A DNA stretch of 64,000 nt from an uncultured Acidobacteriota bacterium. GTDB lineage: Bacteria; Acidobacteriota; Thermoanaerobaculia; UBA5066; Gp7-AA6. The notes below the pieces were generated by a model. It was not told where the DNA came from, did no database searches, and saw only the letters and a program-made list of their open reading frames with translations. Positions 1 through 11,662 of the stretch are shown here, piece after piece. Position 1 is the first letter of the stretch. Each line of letters begins with the position of its first letter. The stretch covers positions 1-64,000 of the forward strand of contig CAVXTP010000015.1 of the NCBI GenBank assembly GCA_963764715.1, read 5' to 3'. Made by a program: the position numbers and the translations under genes.

Positions 1-1
1 A

Positions 2-1432
2 CCCCACCGTCGTCTCCTGGCGCTCGATCGCGAAGAACTGCAGGTCCATGACCTCGTCGACCATGTCCCAGAAATAGCGGCCGAGAACCAGGATGCCGAC
101 GGCGAGCGAAACGCCCAGGACCGACAGGGCGAATCGGATGGGACGGCGCGCGAGGTTGCGAACGACCATGCGCGCCGACGGCGAGAGCCGGCGCGCCGGC
201 CGGAGGCCCTCCAGGAAGCCGGCGCGAAACCGCGCCGGAGCCTCGGGACGCATCGCCTCGGCCGGCGGCAGCGAGACGGCACGGTTCACGGCTCCGACCG
301 CCCCGAGCACCCCGGCGCCGATGCTTCCGAGGACGGAAATGGCCAGGGTTTCGAATCCGACCTCGTACCGGAGCAGGGGAAATCGGAAGTAATCGGCGTA
401 GAGACGGGTCAGGCCGCCGCCGATCCAGAACCCGACGGCCGATCCGAGCGCCACGCCGATGAAGACCATGGCGAGCACGAACTCGAGGAAGTGCAGTCCG
501 ATCGCGGGGTTACCGTAGCCGAGCGCCTTGAGGAGGGCGATCTGGTCGCGCTGCGTGTTCACGAGGCGCGTGACGACGATGTGGAGCAGGAAGACCGCGA
601 CGCCCAGGAAGATCGCCGGAACGATGCGTCCTTCCGTGCGCAGCTCCGCGAGCTCGTTATCCAGGAAATTGTTGGAGACCTGGTCTTCGCGGCCGTAGGC
701 GCCGAGGCTGCCGTAGGGCTCGAGCAGATCGTCCAGCGCCCGGATCACGTCGCCCTGGCTGGCCCCGGGCGAGAGCGCCAGGACGAGGTCGTTGAATCCC
801 CCTTCCATGTCGAACGCCGGACCGAGCGCGTCCCGGCTCATCCAGAGCACGCCGAAGCGCCGGTTGTCCGGGAGAATCGAGGAGATGCCCCGGATCTCGT
901 AGACGTACTCGGGCGAGAGGGCGATGCCCACGATTCGCAGGGACGTCCAGCGGCCGTTCAGGACGGCCCCGATGCGGTCTCCCACGGAGAGCCGGTTGGC
1001 CGTCGCGAAGGACTCGCTCGCGAGCACCTCGTCCCGGCGGCCGCCGTCGATGAACCGGCCGCGGCGGATCACGAGCCGGTTGAGCTCGGGGCCCGCGCCC
1101 TCCGGCACTGAGACGATGCGGCCCGTGGCCGGTTCCGCCAGGCCCGGAACGTCGAGCGTCACGTCGACGACGACGCGCGCGTCCACGAGCGCGACGCCAG
1201 GAATGGCCGCAACACGCTTGAGGAGGGCATTGGGCGCGCGCTTGAGACTGACGAATACGTCGGCGAAGCGGTAGCGCCCGTAGTAGTCGTCGCGCGACAG
1301 CAGAATCGAGCGGTAGGCGGAGCGCGTCATGAGAAAGCTGGCAACCCCGCAGGCGACGACGAGCGCCACGGCGACCGCCTGCCCGCGATGGTGCCAGAGA
1401 TCGCGGAGGAGCTTGCGCGAGAGGGCCGTCAT
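2..1432 (-). CDS. ABC transporter permease (FtsX/MacB-like), runs off the window start
   Basis: Manual translation from ATG at 1432: [33 protein letters not shown]..., with hydrophobic segments. Directly downstream of an ABC ATPase. Confidence 0.88.
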   Translation of the reverse strand, partial: [477 protein letters not shown]

Positions 1433-1439
1433 GCGCGCC

Positions 1440-2186
1440 TCACCACTCGAGCTCGTCGGGAGAGAGCTTCTTCTCGTTGGCGGCCACGCTCACGATCTGG
1501 CCGCTCACCATGCGGATCACCCGGTCAGCCATGCCGGCGATCGAGGCATTGTGCGTGATGACGGCCGTCGTCGTGCGGAGCTCCCGGTTCACGCGCGCCA
1601 GGACCGCGAGCACGAGCTTTCCGGTCTGGAAGTCGAGGGAGCCGGTCGGCTCGTCGCAGAGGAGGACGTCCGGGCGCTTGGCGATCGCACGCGCGATGGC
1701 GACGCGCTGTTGCTCGCCTCCCGAGAGCTGCGCCGGGAAATGGTGGAGGCGGTCCCCGAGCCCGACCAGGCGCAGCGACTCCTCCGCCGGAAGGGGATTC
1801 GTCGCCACTTCGGTCACCAGGACCACGTTCTCGAGCGCCGTGAGGCTGGGGATCAGGTTGAAGAACTGGAAGACGAAGCCGACGTGTTCGCGGCGGAAGC
1901 GCGTGAGCTCCCGGTCGTCGGCCGCGGTCAGGTCGTGATCGAAGAACCGGACCGAACCGCTCGTCGGCACGTCGAGGCCGCCGAGAATGTTCAAAAGCGT
2001 CGACTTTCCGCCGCCCGAAGGGCCCAGGATCACGACGAACTCGCCCTCGTAGAGATCCAGGTCCACCGAGCGGAGGGCGACGATGTCGACCTCGCCCATC
2101 CGGTACGTCTTGGTAAGGCCGCGGGCCCGAAAGACGGCGCCTCCGTGCCGCGTGGTCGGCCCCGATGGGCTCGTCCGATCGGTCAC
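1440..2186 (-). CDS. ABC transporter ATP-binding protein (LolD/MacB-like)
   Basis: Walker A GPSGGGKS, signature LSGGEQQR, Walker [11 protein letters not shown] start overlaps the stop of the P-type ATPase (GTGA). Confidence 0.95.
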   Translation of the reverse strand: MTDRTSPSGPTTRHGGAVFRARGLTKTYRMGEVDIVALRSVDLDLYEGEFVVILGPSGGGKSTLLNILGGLDVPTSGSVRFFDHDLTAADDRELTRFRREHVGFVFQFFNLIPSLTALENVVLVTEVATNPLPAEESLRLVGLGDRLHHFPAQLSGGEQQRVAIARAIAKRPDVLLCDEPTGSLDFQTGKLVLAVLARVNRELRTTTAVITHNASIAGMADRVIRMVSGQIVSVAANEKKLSPDELEW

Positions 2187-4900
2187 GAGAGCGGCCCCGC
2201 CGGCCGCGGACCCGGCACGAGCGCCTTTCCTGCTTCGACGACCGCGAGCGCCAGGATCGTCATGGCGACCACGTGAAGCCAGTCGGCGGGAGACAGAGGG
2301 GCCGTCGGCAGAAGGGACGCGAGCGGGCCCCAGAAGACCGCAAGGGCCTGCAGCGCGAGGCCTCCGGAAAGGGCGAGCCAGAACGGAGACGTCAGGCTCC
2401 GGCTCATCGCCCAGAACGGCCTTTGGTCGGAAAGCGCCGCCAGCGTCTGAGCGAGCAACGCCAGAGCGAGCGTCGCCATCGCGAGGGTCTGGCTCCGCAG
2501 CGGGTCGTCCCGGTCGCCGCCCGTCGTGAAGATCCACAGCACGGCGGCTGCGACGACACAGCTGCGCAGCGCGATCAAGCCCGTCGCGCGCCACGTCAGC
2601 AACGGCTCGCGGGGATCGCGCGGCGGCTGGCGGAGCAGGTCGGGCTCGCCCGGCATGACCACCAGAGCGATGGCCGGGAAGATGTGCACCACGAGATTCA
2701 GCCAGAGGATCTGGAGAGGGCTCATCGGCAACGGAAGGTTCGCGACGACCGACACGAGCATGACGCCGATCGTCGAGAAGCTGCAGAGAATCAGGAAGTG
2801 GACCGACCGGCGGATGTTCGCGTAGATCCGTCGCCCTTCGGCCACGGCGGTCGGGAGGGTTCCGTAGTCGCCGCTCGTTACGACGAGATCGGAAGACTCG
2901 CGGGCCACGTCGGCGGAGCGGAGGCCGATCGCGATCCCGATGTCGGCGGCCTTGAGCGCGGGCGCGTCGTTGATGCCGTCGCCTGTCATCGCGACGATGT
3001 GGCCCGCCGCCTTGAGCGCGCGGACGATGGAGAGCTTGTCCTCGGGCGAGACCCGAGCGAAGACGGCCGTTTGGCGCAGATCCTCCCATCTGCGCTCGCG
3101 GACGAGCTCGGCGAGTTCGCCGGAATCGACGCAGAGGTCGCCCGGGCCGGCGATTTCGAGCTCTCGCGCGATGGCCATGGCGGTCCCCTTCTGGTCGCCC
3201 GTGACCATGACGGTCCGGATCCCGGCGCCACGCAGTTCCGCGATGGCGTCGCGCACGCCCGCCCGCGGGGGGTCGACGAGGCCCGCCAGGCCCACCCAGG
3301 TGAGATCCTCCTCTGCGACGTCCAGCTCCCGTGCGGACGGAAGCGATCGGAAGGCGAAGGCCAGCACGCGGTGGCCGCACTCGCCGAGAGCGCGCGCCCG
3401 TGCCAGTAGACGTGCGCGCTCCTCCGGGTCGAGCGGTCTCTCGCGACCCGAGGCGAGCACGCGCGAGGAAAGCGCGAGGAGAGCCTCGGGAGAGCCCTTC
3501 ACGAATGTCCAGACCGCGCCCCCGGCTTCCCGGACCACGACCGCCATGCGTTTGCGGCTGGACGTAAAGGCGATGTCTTGAAGGCGTTCGTAGCGGGCCG
3601 AAAGCACCGTGGGGTCGGCGCCGCCCTTCCGGGCCAGGGCGAGGAGAGCGCCTTCCGTTGAGGAGCCGTGAATGTGCCACCCGTCGTGGGGCTCCAACCG
3701 GGCGTCGTTGCAGAGCGACGCGATTTCGATCAGCCGCCCGAGTGCGGGGTCGTCGTGGGCGGCGACGGCGCGCCCGTTCTCGAGGATCTCTCCGTCCGGC
3801 GAGTATCCCGAGCCGGTCACCTCGAGCTCGCGCTCCGAGAGCCAGATGCGGGTGACGCGCATGGCGTTCTCCGTCAGAGTTCCGGTCTTGTCGGTGCAGA
3901 TGACCGACGTGCAGCCGAGCGTCTCGACCGACCCGAGTCGCCGCACGAGGCTGTGCGCCCTCGCCATCCTGCGCACTCCGACGGCCAGGGCGATCGTCGT
4001 CACCGCGGGAAGCCCTTCCGGAATCGCCGCGATGGCGAGGATCGCCCCCGTCTCCACCATGAGCCATAGGGAACGGCCCCTCAGGATGCCGAGCAGCGTC
4101 ACGGCCGCGGAAAGCAATATCGCCACGGCGGCGAGCCTCCGGCCGAGCTGCTCGGCGCGCCTCTCGAGCGGCGTCGGCTCCCTCTGCTGCGCGGCGACGA
4201 GCTCGCCGATGCGTGACAGTTCGGTCTGCCCCGGCGCCTCGGTCACGATCATTCGACCCCAGCCACTCAAGACGGTCGTTCCGGCGTAAGCCATGTTGGT
4301 GCGCTCGGGCAGGGGAGCGGCGCCCGCAATCACCTCCACGGCCTTCGTGACCGGGACACTCTCGCCTGTGAGGGCCGACTCGTCGATCTGCAGGTCGCGC
4401 ACCGCAGCCAGCCGCCCGTCCGCGGCGACGACCTGTCCGGCGGAGAGAATCAGAAGGTCGCCGCGGCGGACATCGTCGGTCCGGATCTCGCGCTCGAGCC
4501 CGCCCCGAACGACTCGCGCGGTCGGCGCCGAAAGGGTGCGCAATGCCTCGAGCGCCCTCTCCGCACGCCAGTCGGTGGCGAACCCGAATGCGACCGAAAA
4601 GGCGACCGATGCAACGATCGCCAGTGCGTCGCTGGTGTGTCCGAGCAGGATGGAGGCGGCACTGGCGACGAGCAGCACCAGGATCACCCCGCCCTTCAAT
4701 TGTGTCCAGAGGATCCGCCAGATCAGTCGGGAGGTCGAGGCCCGGGAATCGACCGTTCGAGAAGGAGCCGGGAGGTTCTCGATAGCCAGGCCCCTCTCCG
4801 AGTGGGTTCGAAACTCCCCAGCCACGTCCGCCGAGGTCCGGGCGTGCCATGCCGGTCGCGGATTGACCGAACGGTCCTCTCTCCGGCTCATCGCGTTCAC
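2183..4900 (-). CDS. Cation-transporting P-type ATPase (type IIA, Ca2+-like)
   Basis: TGES, PEGLP, DKTGTLT, TGD and [10 protein letters not shown] motifs. Confidence 0.96.
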   Translation of the reverse strand: MNAMSRREDRSVNPRPAWHARTSADVAGEFRTHSERGLAIENLPAPSRTVDSRASTSRLIWRILWTQLKGGVILVLLVASAASILLGHTSDALAIVASVAFSVAFGFATDWRAERALEALRTLSAPTARVVRGGLEREIRTDDVRRGDLLILSAGQVVAADGRLAAVRDLQIDESALTGESVPVTKAVEVIAGAAPLPERTNMAYAGTTVLSGWGRMIVTEAPGQTELSRIGELVAAQQREPTPLERRAEQLGRRLAAVAILLSAAVTLLGILRGRSLWLMVETGAILAIAAIPEGLPAVTTIALAVGVRRMARAHSLVRRLGSVETLGCTSVICTDKTGTLTENAMRVTRIWLSERELEVTGSGYSPDGEILENGRAVAAHDDPALGRLIEIASLCNDARLEPHDGWHIHGSSTEGALLALARKGGADPTVLSARYERLQDIAFTSSRKRMAVVVREAGGAVWTFVKGSPEALLALSSRVLASGRERPLDPEERARLLARARALGECGHRVLAFAFRSLPSARELDVAEEDLTWVGLAGLVDPPRAGVRDAIAELRGAGIRTVMVTGDQKGTAMAIARELEIAGPGDLCVDSGELAELVRERRWEDLRQTAVFARVSPEDKLSIVRALKAAGHIVAMTGDGINDAPALKAADIGIAIGLRSADVARESSDLVVTSGDYGTLPTAVAEGRRIYANIRRSVHFLILCSFSTIGVMLVSVVANLPLPMSPLQILWLNLVVHIFPAIALVVMPGEPDLLRQPPRDPREPLLTWRATGLIALRSCVVAAAVLWIFTTGGDRDDPLRSQTLAMATLALALLAQTLAALSDQRPFWAMSRSLTSPFWLALSGGLALQALAVFWGPLASLLPTAPLSPADWLHVVAMTILALAVVEAGKALVPGPRPAGPLS

Positions 4901-5076
4901 CCTAGTCGAGGGACGGCCGGGTGTCGAGATTCAACCGGACCGGGAGGCCGGGCGGGCGCCTTTGATTCAAGGCGCGGGGTCCCGAGCTCCGCGAGCTTCT
5001 TCGACCGTTCCCCCGGGGCGCACCGGCGCCGGCATTCCGGGTGCAGAATGAAAACGTCATTCGAAGGAGGTTCCCG

Positions 5077-5229
5077 ATGGGTACCATCCTCTTGGTCGTC
5101 CTGGTGCTGCTTCTCCTCGGAGCGTTCCCTCGCTGGAATTACAGCAAGAACTGGGGCTATGGGCCGAGCGGGATTCTCGGCGTCATCCTGATCATCGTCC
5201 TCATCCTGCTCTTGACCGGTCGACTCTAG
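5077..5229 (+). CDS. DUF3309-family small membrane protein
   Basis: MGTILLVVLVLLLLGAFPRWNYSKNWGYGPSG...LLLTGRL, with an AAGGAGG RBS upstream. Confidence 0.9.
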   Translation: MGTILLVVLVLLLLGAFPRWNYSKNWGYGPSGILGVILIIVLILLLTGRL

Positions 5230-5248
5230 AGTCGACCGGGACCCCTCG

Positions 5249-8286
<3,038 letters not shown>

Positions 8287-8289
8287 GTC

Positions 8290-9243
8290 GTGAAGCTTAC
8301 ACGGGTCGCGCCGGCGGCGGCCGTCCTCGTCGTCGCGGCCTGCGCCGCGCTGCCCGCGCCCCGCGCCCCGGTGCGGCTCGAGGTCCGCGCGCCGAAGCTC
8401 CCGGTGAGCGAATCGGCGCCCTCGGGCGCCCGGCCGACCGATCCGGTCGCCTCGGCGGTCTTCGACCGCATCAACGCGGACCGCGCCGAGGCCAACCTGC
8501 CGCCCGTCGCCTGGGACGAAGCCGCCTCGCTCGTCGCGAAGGCCTACACGGCGGCGCAGGTGGCCGAAGGCACGACCGGCCACTTCCTGACCGACGGGAT
8601 GCCTCCCTACGCGCGGACCGGCTTCGCCGGCATCTTCGGCATGGGCTCCGAGAACGCCGTCGCCTGGCACACGACCGGCAAGTCCTTCAGCGACTCGGCC
8701 ACCGAGCTCGCGCTCTCCGGCCACGAAGACATGATGCGGGAGACTCCGCCGAACGACGGCCACCGCCGCACGATCCTCGACCCCGAAGCGACGCACGTCG
8801 GCGTCGGCTACGCGCTGCACGGCGGGAGCTTCCGGATGGCCGAGGAGTTTCTCGTTCGGCGCCTGGCCGAGCTGACCATCCAAAAAGAGGGCGACAGCCT
8901 GTCGGTCAAGGGCCGCACGCAGTCCGGACGCACGCTGAGCTTCGTGACGATCGCGCACGAGCCCACGCCGAAACAGCTGACGCGGGGGGAGGCCCGCTCG
9001 CGGACGACGTACTCCTATCCCGAGCCGCAGTGGGCGTTCGTTCCCGAGGGCCACAAGTCGATCCGGGTCGTCGGCACCGAGACGGAAGACCGCATCCGGG
9101 TCGGCGTCAACGGAGAGTTCGCGTTCCGCTTCGCTCCGTCGAAGCCGGGGCTCTGGACGTTCGTCTTCTATGCGACAGACGGCCGGCAGAGGTCCCGGCC
9201 GGGCGGCGCCGCGGTCGTGTGGCTGGAGCCCGCCTCGCGATGA
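8290..9243 (+). CDS. CAP (SCP) domain secreted protein or lipoprotein; start uncertain
   Basis: Signal-like N-terminus, INADRA, ENAV and GHRRTILDP...HVGVG, typical of CAP domains. Confidence 0.8.
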   Translation: MKLTRVAPAAAVLVVAACAALPAPRAPVRLEVRAPKLPVSESAPSGARPTDPVASAVFDRINADRAEANLPPVAWDEAASLVAKAYTAAQVAEGTTGHFLTDGMPPYARTGFAGIFGMGSENAVAWHTTGKSFSDSATELALSGHEDMMRETPPNDGHRRTILDPEATHVGVGYALHGGSFRMAEEFLVRRLAELTIQKEGDSLSVKGRTQSGRTLSFVTIAHEPTPKQLTRGEARSRTTYSYPEPQWAFVPEGHKSIRVVGTETEDRIRVGVNGEFAFRFAPSKPGLWTFVFYATDGRQRSRPGGAAVVWLEPASR

Positions 9244-9566
9244 TGACGATCCTCGCCGTCGGCGCCGAAACCGAACGGCTCGCTGCCTTCGGCGCGTCGC
9301 ATCCGTCGGTCGAGATCGTGACCGCGGACGGCGCCGAGGACGCGCTCGAGCGCCTGGCGCGCAACCGCCGAATCGACGCGGTCCTGATCCTCGCCTCGCC
9401 CGGCGCGGCCGAGACCGCGCGGCTCGTGCGCGAGGAGGATCCCGGAGCTCCCCCGCTCTTCGCGCCGGCGGCGGCGGGGGCGATCCAGGGCGTGCGCAGC
9501 CTATCGGGGACGGGCGGGGCGGAGCTCGTCGAGGAGCTGCTACGAGTGCTCGGCCCCGGTTCGTAG
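9240..9566 (+). CDS. Small protein with a degenerate receiver (CheY)-like pattern
   Basis: MMTILAVG...TADGAEDALERLARNRRIDAVLIL. ATGA-coupled to the CAP gene. The phospho-acceptor Asp is not evident. Confidence 0.6.
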   Translation: MMTILAVGAETERLAAFGASHPSVEIVTADGAEDALERLARNRRIDAVLILASPGAAETARLVREEDPGAPPLFAPAAAGAIQGVRSLSGTGGAELVEELLRVLGPGS

Positions 9567-10115
9567 GGGCGGCCCTTGTGGCCGCCCGTCACAACGGGAG
9601 GGGACAAGCCCCTCCCCTACGAAGACGTCGACATTCCCGGTGCCAACCGCGGCCCACGTTCGTAGGGGCGGCCCTTGCGGCCGCCCGTCACAACGGGAGG
9701 GGACAAGCCCCTCCCCTACGAAGACGTCGACATTCCCGGTGCCAAACGCGGCCCACGTTCGTAGGGGCGGCCCTTGCGGCCGCCCGTCACAACGGGAGGG
9801 GACAAGCCCCTCCCCTACGAAGACGTCGACATTCCCGGTGCCAACCGCGGCCCACGTTCGTAGGGGCGGCCCTTGCGGCCGCCCGTCACAACGGGAGGGG
9901 ACAAGCCCCTCCCCTACGAAGACGTCGACATTCCCGGTGCCAAACGCGGCCCACGTTCGTAGGGGCGGCCCTTGCGGCCGCCCGTCACAACGGGAGGGGA
10001 CAAGCCCCTCCCCTACGAAGACGTCGACATTCCCGGTGCCAAACGCGGCCCCCGTTCGTAGGGGCGGCCCTTGTGGCCGCCCTCCATTGGAAGAGACAAG
10101 CCCATCCCTACGAAC
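9560..10115. repeat. Tandem array of 99-bp units, each a GTAG-REP doublet (REPIN/BIME-like): 5 full units plus a variant sixth
   Basis: GTAGGGGCGGCCCTTG(C/T)GGCCGCCC starts at 9563, 9662, 9761, 9860, 9959 and 10058. The first five are paired with an inverted GGGAGGGGACAAGCCCCTCCCCTAC; the sixth partner is diverged. Confidence 0.95.
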
Positions 10116-10132
10116 CCGCTTTGCAGGAAATG

Positions 10133-10156
10133 AAAAAGGGCGGCTAACGCCGCCCT
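10133..10156 (-). terminator. Intrinsic terminator
   Basis: Minus strand reads AGGGCGGC-GTTA-GCCGCCCT followed by a T run. Confidence 0.85.
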
Positions 10157-10225
10157 CGAAAGTCAGCGCGGAAAGTCTTGCTGCCCGCGCCCTCCTCCTC
10201 GAGCCCCTCGCGGAGCCCCACCGGG
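10133..10225 (-). ncRNA. Candidate ~90-nt small RNA
   Basis: Bounded by a TTGACA-N17-TAGCTT promoter and an intrinsic terminator. Contains internal hairpins and no start codon after its AGGAGG. Confidence 0.65.
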
Positions 10226-10230
10226 GCCTA

Positions 10231-10259
10231 AGCTAAGACTCCCCGCACCCGCTGTCAAG
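10231..10259 (-). promoter_or_regulatory. Sigma70-type promoter of the candidate sRNA
   Basis: TTGACA (10259-10254), 17-bp spacer, TAGCTT (10236-10231). Confidence 0.8.
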
Positions 10260-10362
10260 AAGAACAGGGGTCGAAGTCCACCTGTCCTAACGGACAGGGA
10301 ATCCGAAAGGCCTGCCCGATTCGGCGGGCCGGGGCGGCGGGCTCATGGTAATTTCGAGCCCT

Positions 10363-11106
10363 ATGGGTGGCTGTGGCACAGGCGGCGGCTGCGGGGTCGG
10401 GAATGCGTACAACCCGGGCCAGTATGTCGGGATCCGGATCAACGAGCACGAGGACGGCCGGAACGTCCTCTGCGACACGATGGGCATCGAGGTCTCCCGC
10501 GGCCAGCGGGTGATCGTCGAGGCCGACTCGGGCATGGAGCACGCCGAGGTGACCAACCTCCAGCCCATGATCCTGAAACAGTGTCAGTTGCGGGATTCCA
10601 AGCGCCTCGTCCGGGTCGCCACCGACACCGACCTCGCCTCCTACCGCTCTAAGGTCTCGCGGGAGCAGCGCTTCCTCTCGGACACCCAGGCTCTCGCCTT
10701 CGAGAAGCGGCTGGCGATCAAGGTCGTCCGGGCCGAGGAGACCTTCGACGGCCGAAAGGTCACGGTTTATTACACTTCTGAGGCCCGGATCGACTACCGG
10801 AAGCTCGTTTCGGACCTCGCGATGAAACACCCCGTCCGCATCGAGATGCGCCAGGTCGGGCCCCGCGACGAGACCAAGATGCGGGGAGGGATCGGTCCCT
10901 GCGGCCTGACCCTCTGCTGCTCGACCTTCCTCAAATCCTTCCACCCGGTAACCATCAAAATGGCGAAAAACCAGAATCTGTCGCTCAACCCCTCAAAAAT
11001 CTCGGGGATGTGCGGCCGGCTGATGTGCTGCCTCGCTTACGAGGACGAAGGACCGTCGTCTTCGGCCCCCCGAAAGCAGAATAATCCCGCCGAACTGCCG
11101 GTTTAG
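10363..11106 (+). CDS. ricT: PSP1 / RicT (YaaT) family Fe-S regulatory protein
   Basis: RIEMRQVGPRDETK, GGIGPCGLTLCCS, KMAKNQNLSLNPSKISGMCGRLMCCLAYE. Start chosen after a TAATTT -10 box. Confidence 0.9.
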   Translation: MGGCGTGGGCGVGNAYNPGQYVGIRINEHEDGRNVLCDTMGIEVSRGQRVIVEADSGMEHAEVTNLQPMILKQCQLRDSKRLVRVATDTDLASYRSKVSREQRFLSDTQALAFEKRLAIKVVRAEETFDGRKVTVYYTSEARIDYRKLVSDLAMKHPVRIEMRQVGPRDETKMRGGIGPCGLTLCCSTFLKSFHPVTIKMAKNQNLSLNPSKISGMCGRLMCCLAYEDEGPSSSAPRKQNNPAELPV

Positions 11107-11151
11107 CCTCTCAAAGCGTCCCACCTTTACCCGGGACCGAGAGAGACAGCC

Positions 11152-11526
11152 GTGGTCAACCGTAACACCGGCGGAGCCTTCCGAGGCGAAGACGAGGGTC
11201 CCGCCAACCGCAAGCTGATCCGCCCCAACCTGTCCGAGCTCGCCGACCGCTACCCCACGCGCTCGTTCGCCCAGCGCAAGCAGGTCCCGCCCGAGCAGAC
11301 CAATGCCGAGAGCTACTACTACCTCAAGCAGATGGCGGCCAAGACGCCGATGGTGGTGGTGCTCACCGACGGCGAGGAGATCCACGGCTGGATCGAGTGG
11401 TACGACAAGGCCTGCCTGAAGGTGAACCGGGAGAAAGGGGCCAACCTCCTGATCCCGAAGGCCTCGATCAAGTACATGTTCAAGGAGTCCGAGAGCGGGG
11501 AGCCGGAGAGGGACGGGAACCGGTAG
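11152..11526 (+). CDS. Hfq-like Sm-fold RNA chaperone with N-terminal extension
   Basis: KTPMVVVLTDGEEIHGWIEWYDKACLKV...LLIPKASIKY aligns by eye to the Hfq Sm1/Sm2 motifs. Confidence 0.78.
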   Translation: MVNRNTGGAFRGEDEGPANRKLIRPNLSELADRYPTRSFAQRKQVPPEQTNAESYYYLKQMAAKTPMVVVLTDGEEIHGWIEWYDKACLKVNREKGANLLIPKASIKYMFKESESGEPERDGNR

Positions 11527-11588
11527 AACGGTCCATCACCACTCGCCCTGGTCGGAACGTCGGCGATGGACCCCTCCGGCTCAGGTTC

Positions 11589-11652
11589 GTAGGGGCGGGG
11601 CTTGTCCCCGCCCCTGTTGCGTTTGACGGGCGGCCACAAGGGCCGCCCCTAC
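11589..11652. repeat. GTAG-REP doublet (REPIN) between convergent genes
   Basis: GTAGGGGCGGGGCTTGTCCCCGCCC ... GGGCGGCCACAAGGGCCGCCCCTAC. Confidence 0.9.
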
Positions 11653-11662
11653 GACCGGAGAG

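Noticed and set aside
9560-10115. CRISPR array
   Set aside because: The units are 99 bp with essentially identical linkers rather than unique spacers. The repeats are GTAG-REP palindromes also found singly elsewhere, and no cas genes are present.
9170-10236. Repeat-containing proteins encoded across the 99-bp array
   Set aside because: The frames stay open only because 99 is a multiple of 3. The peptides are translations of REP palindromes.
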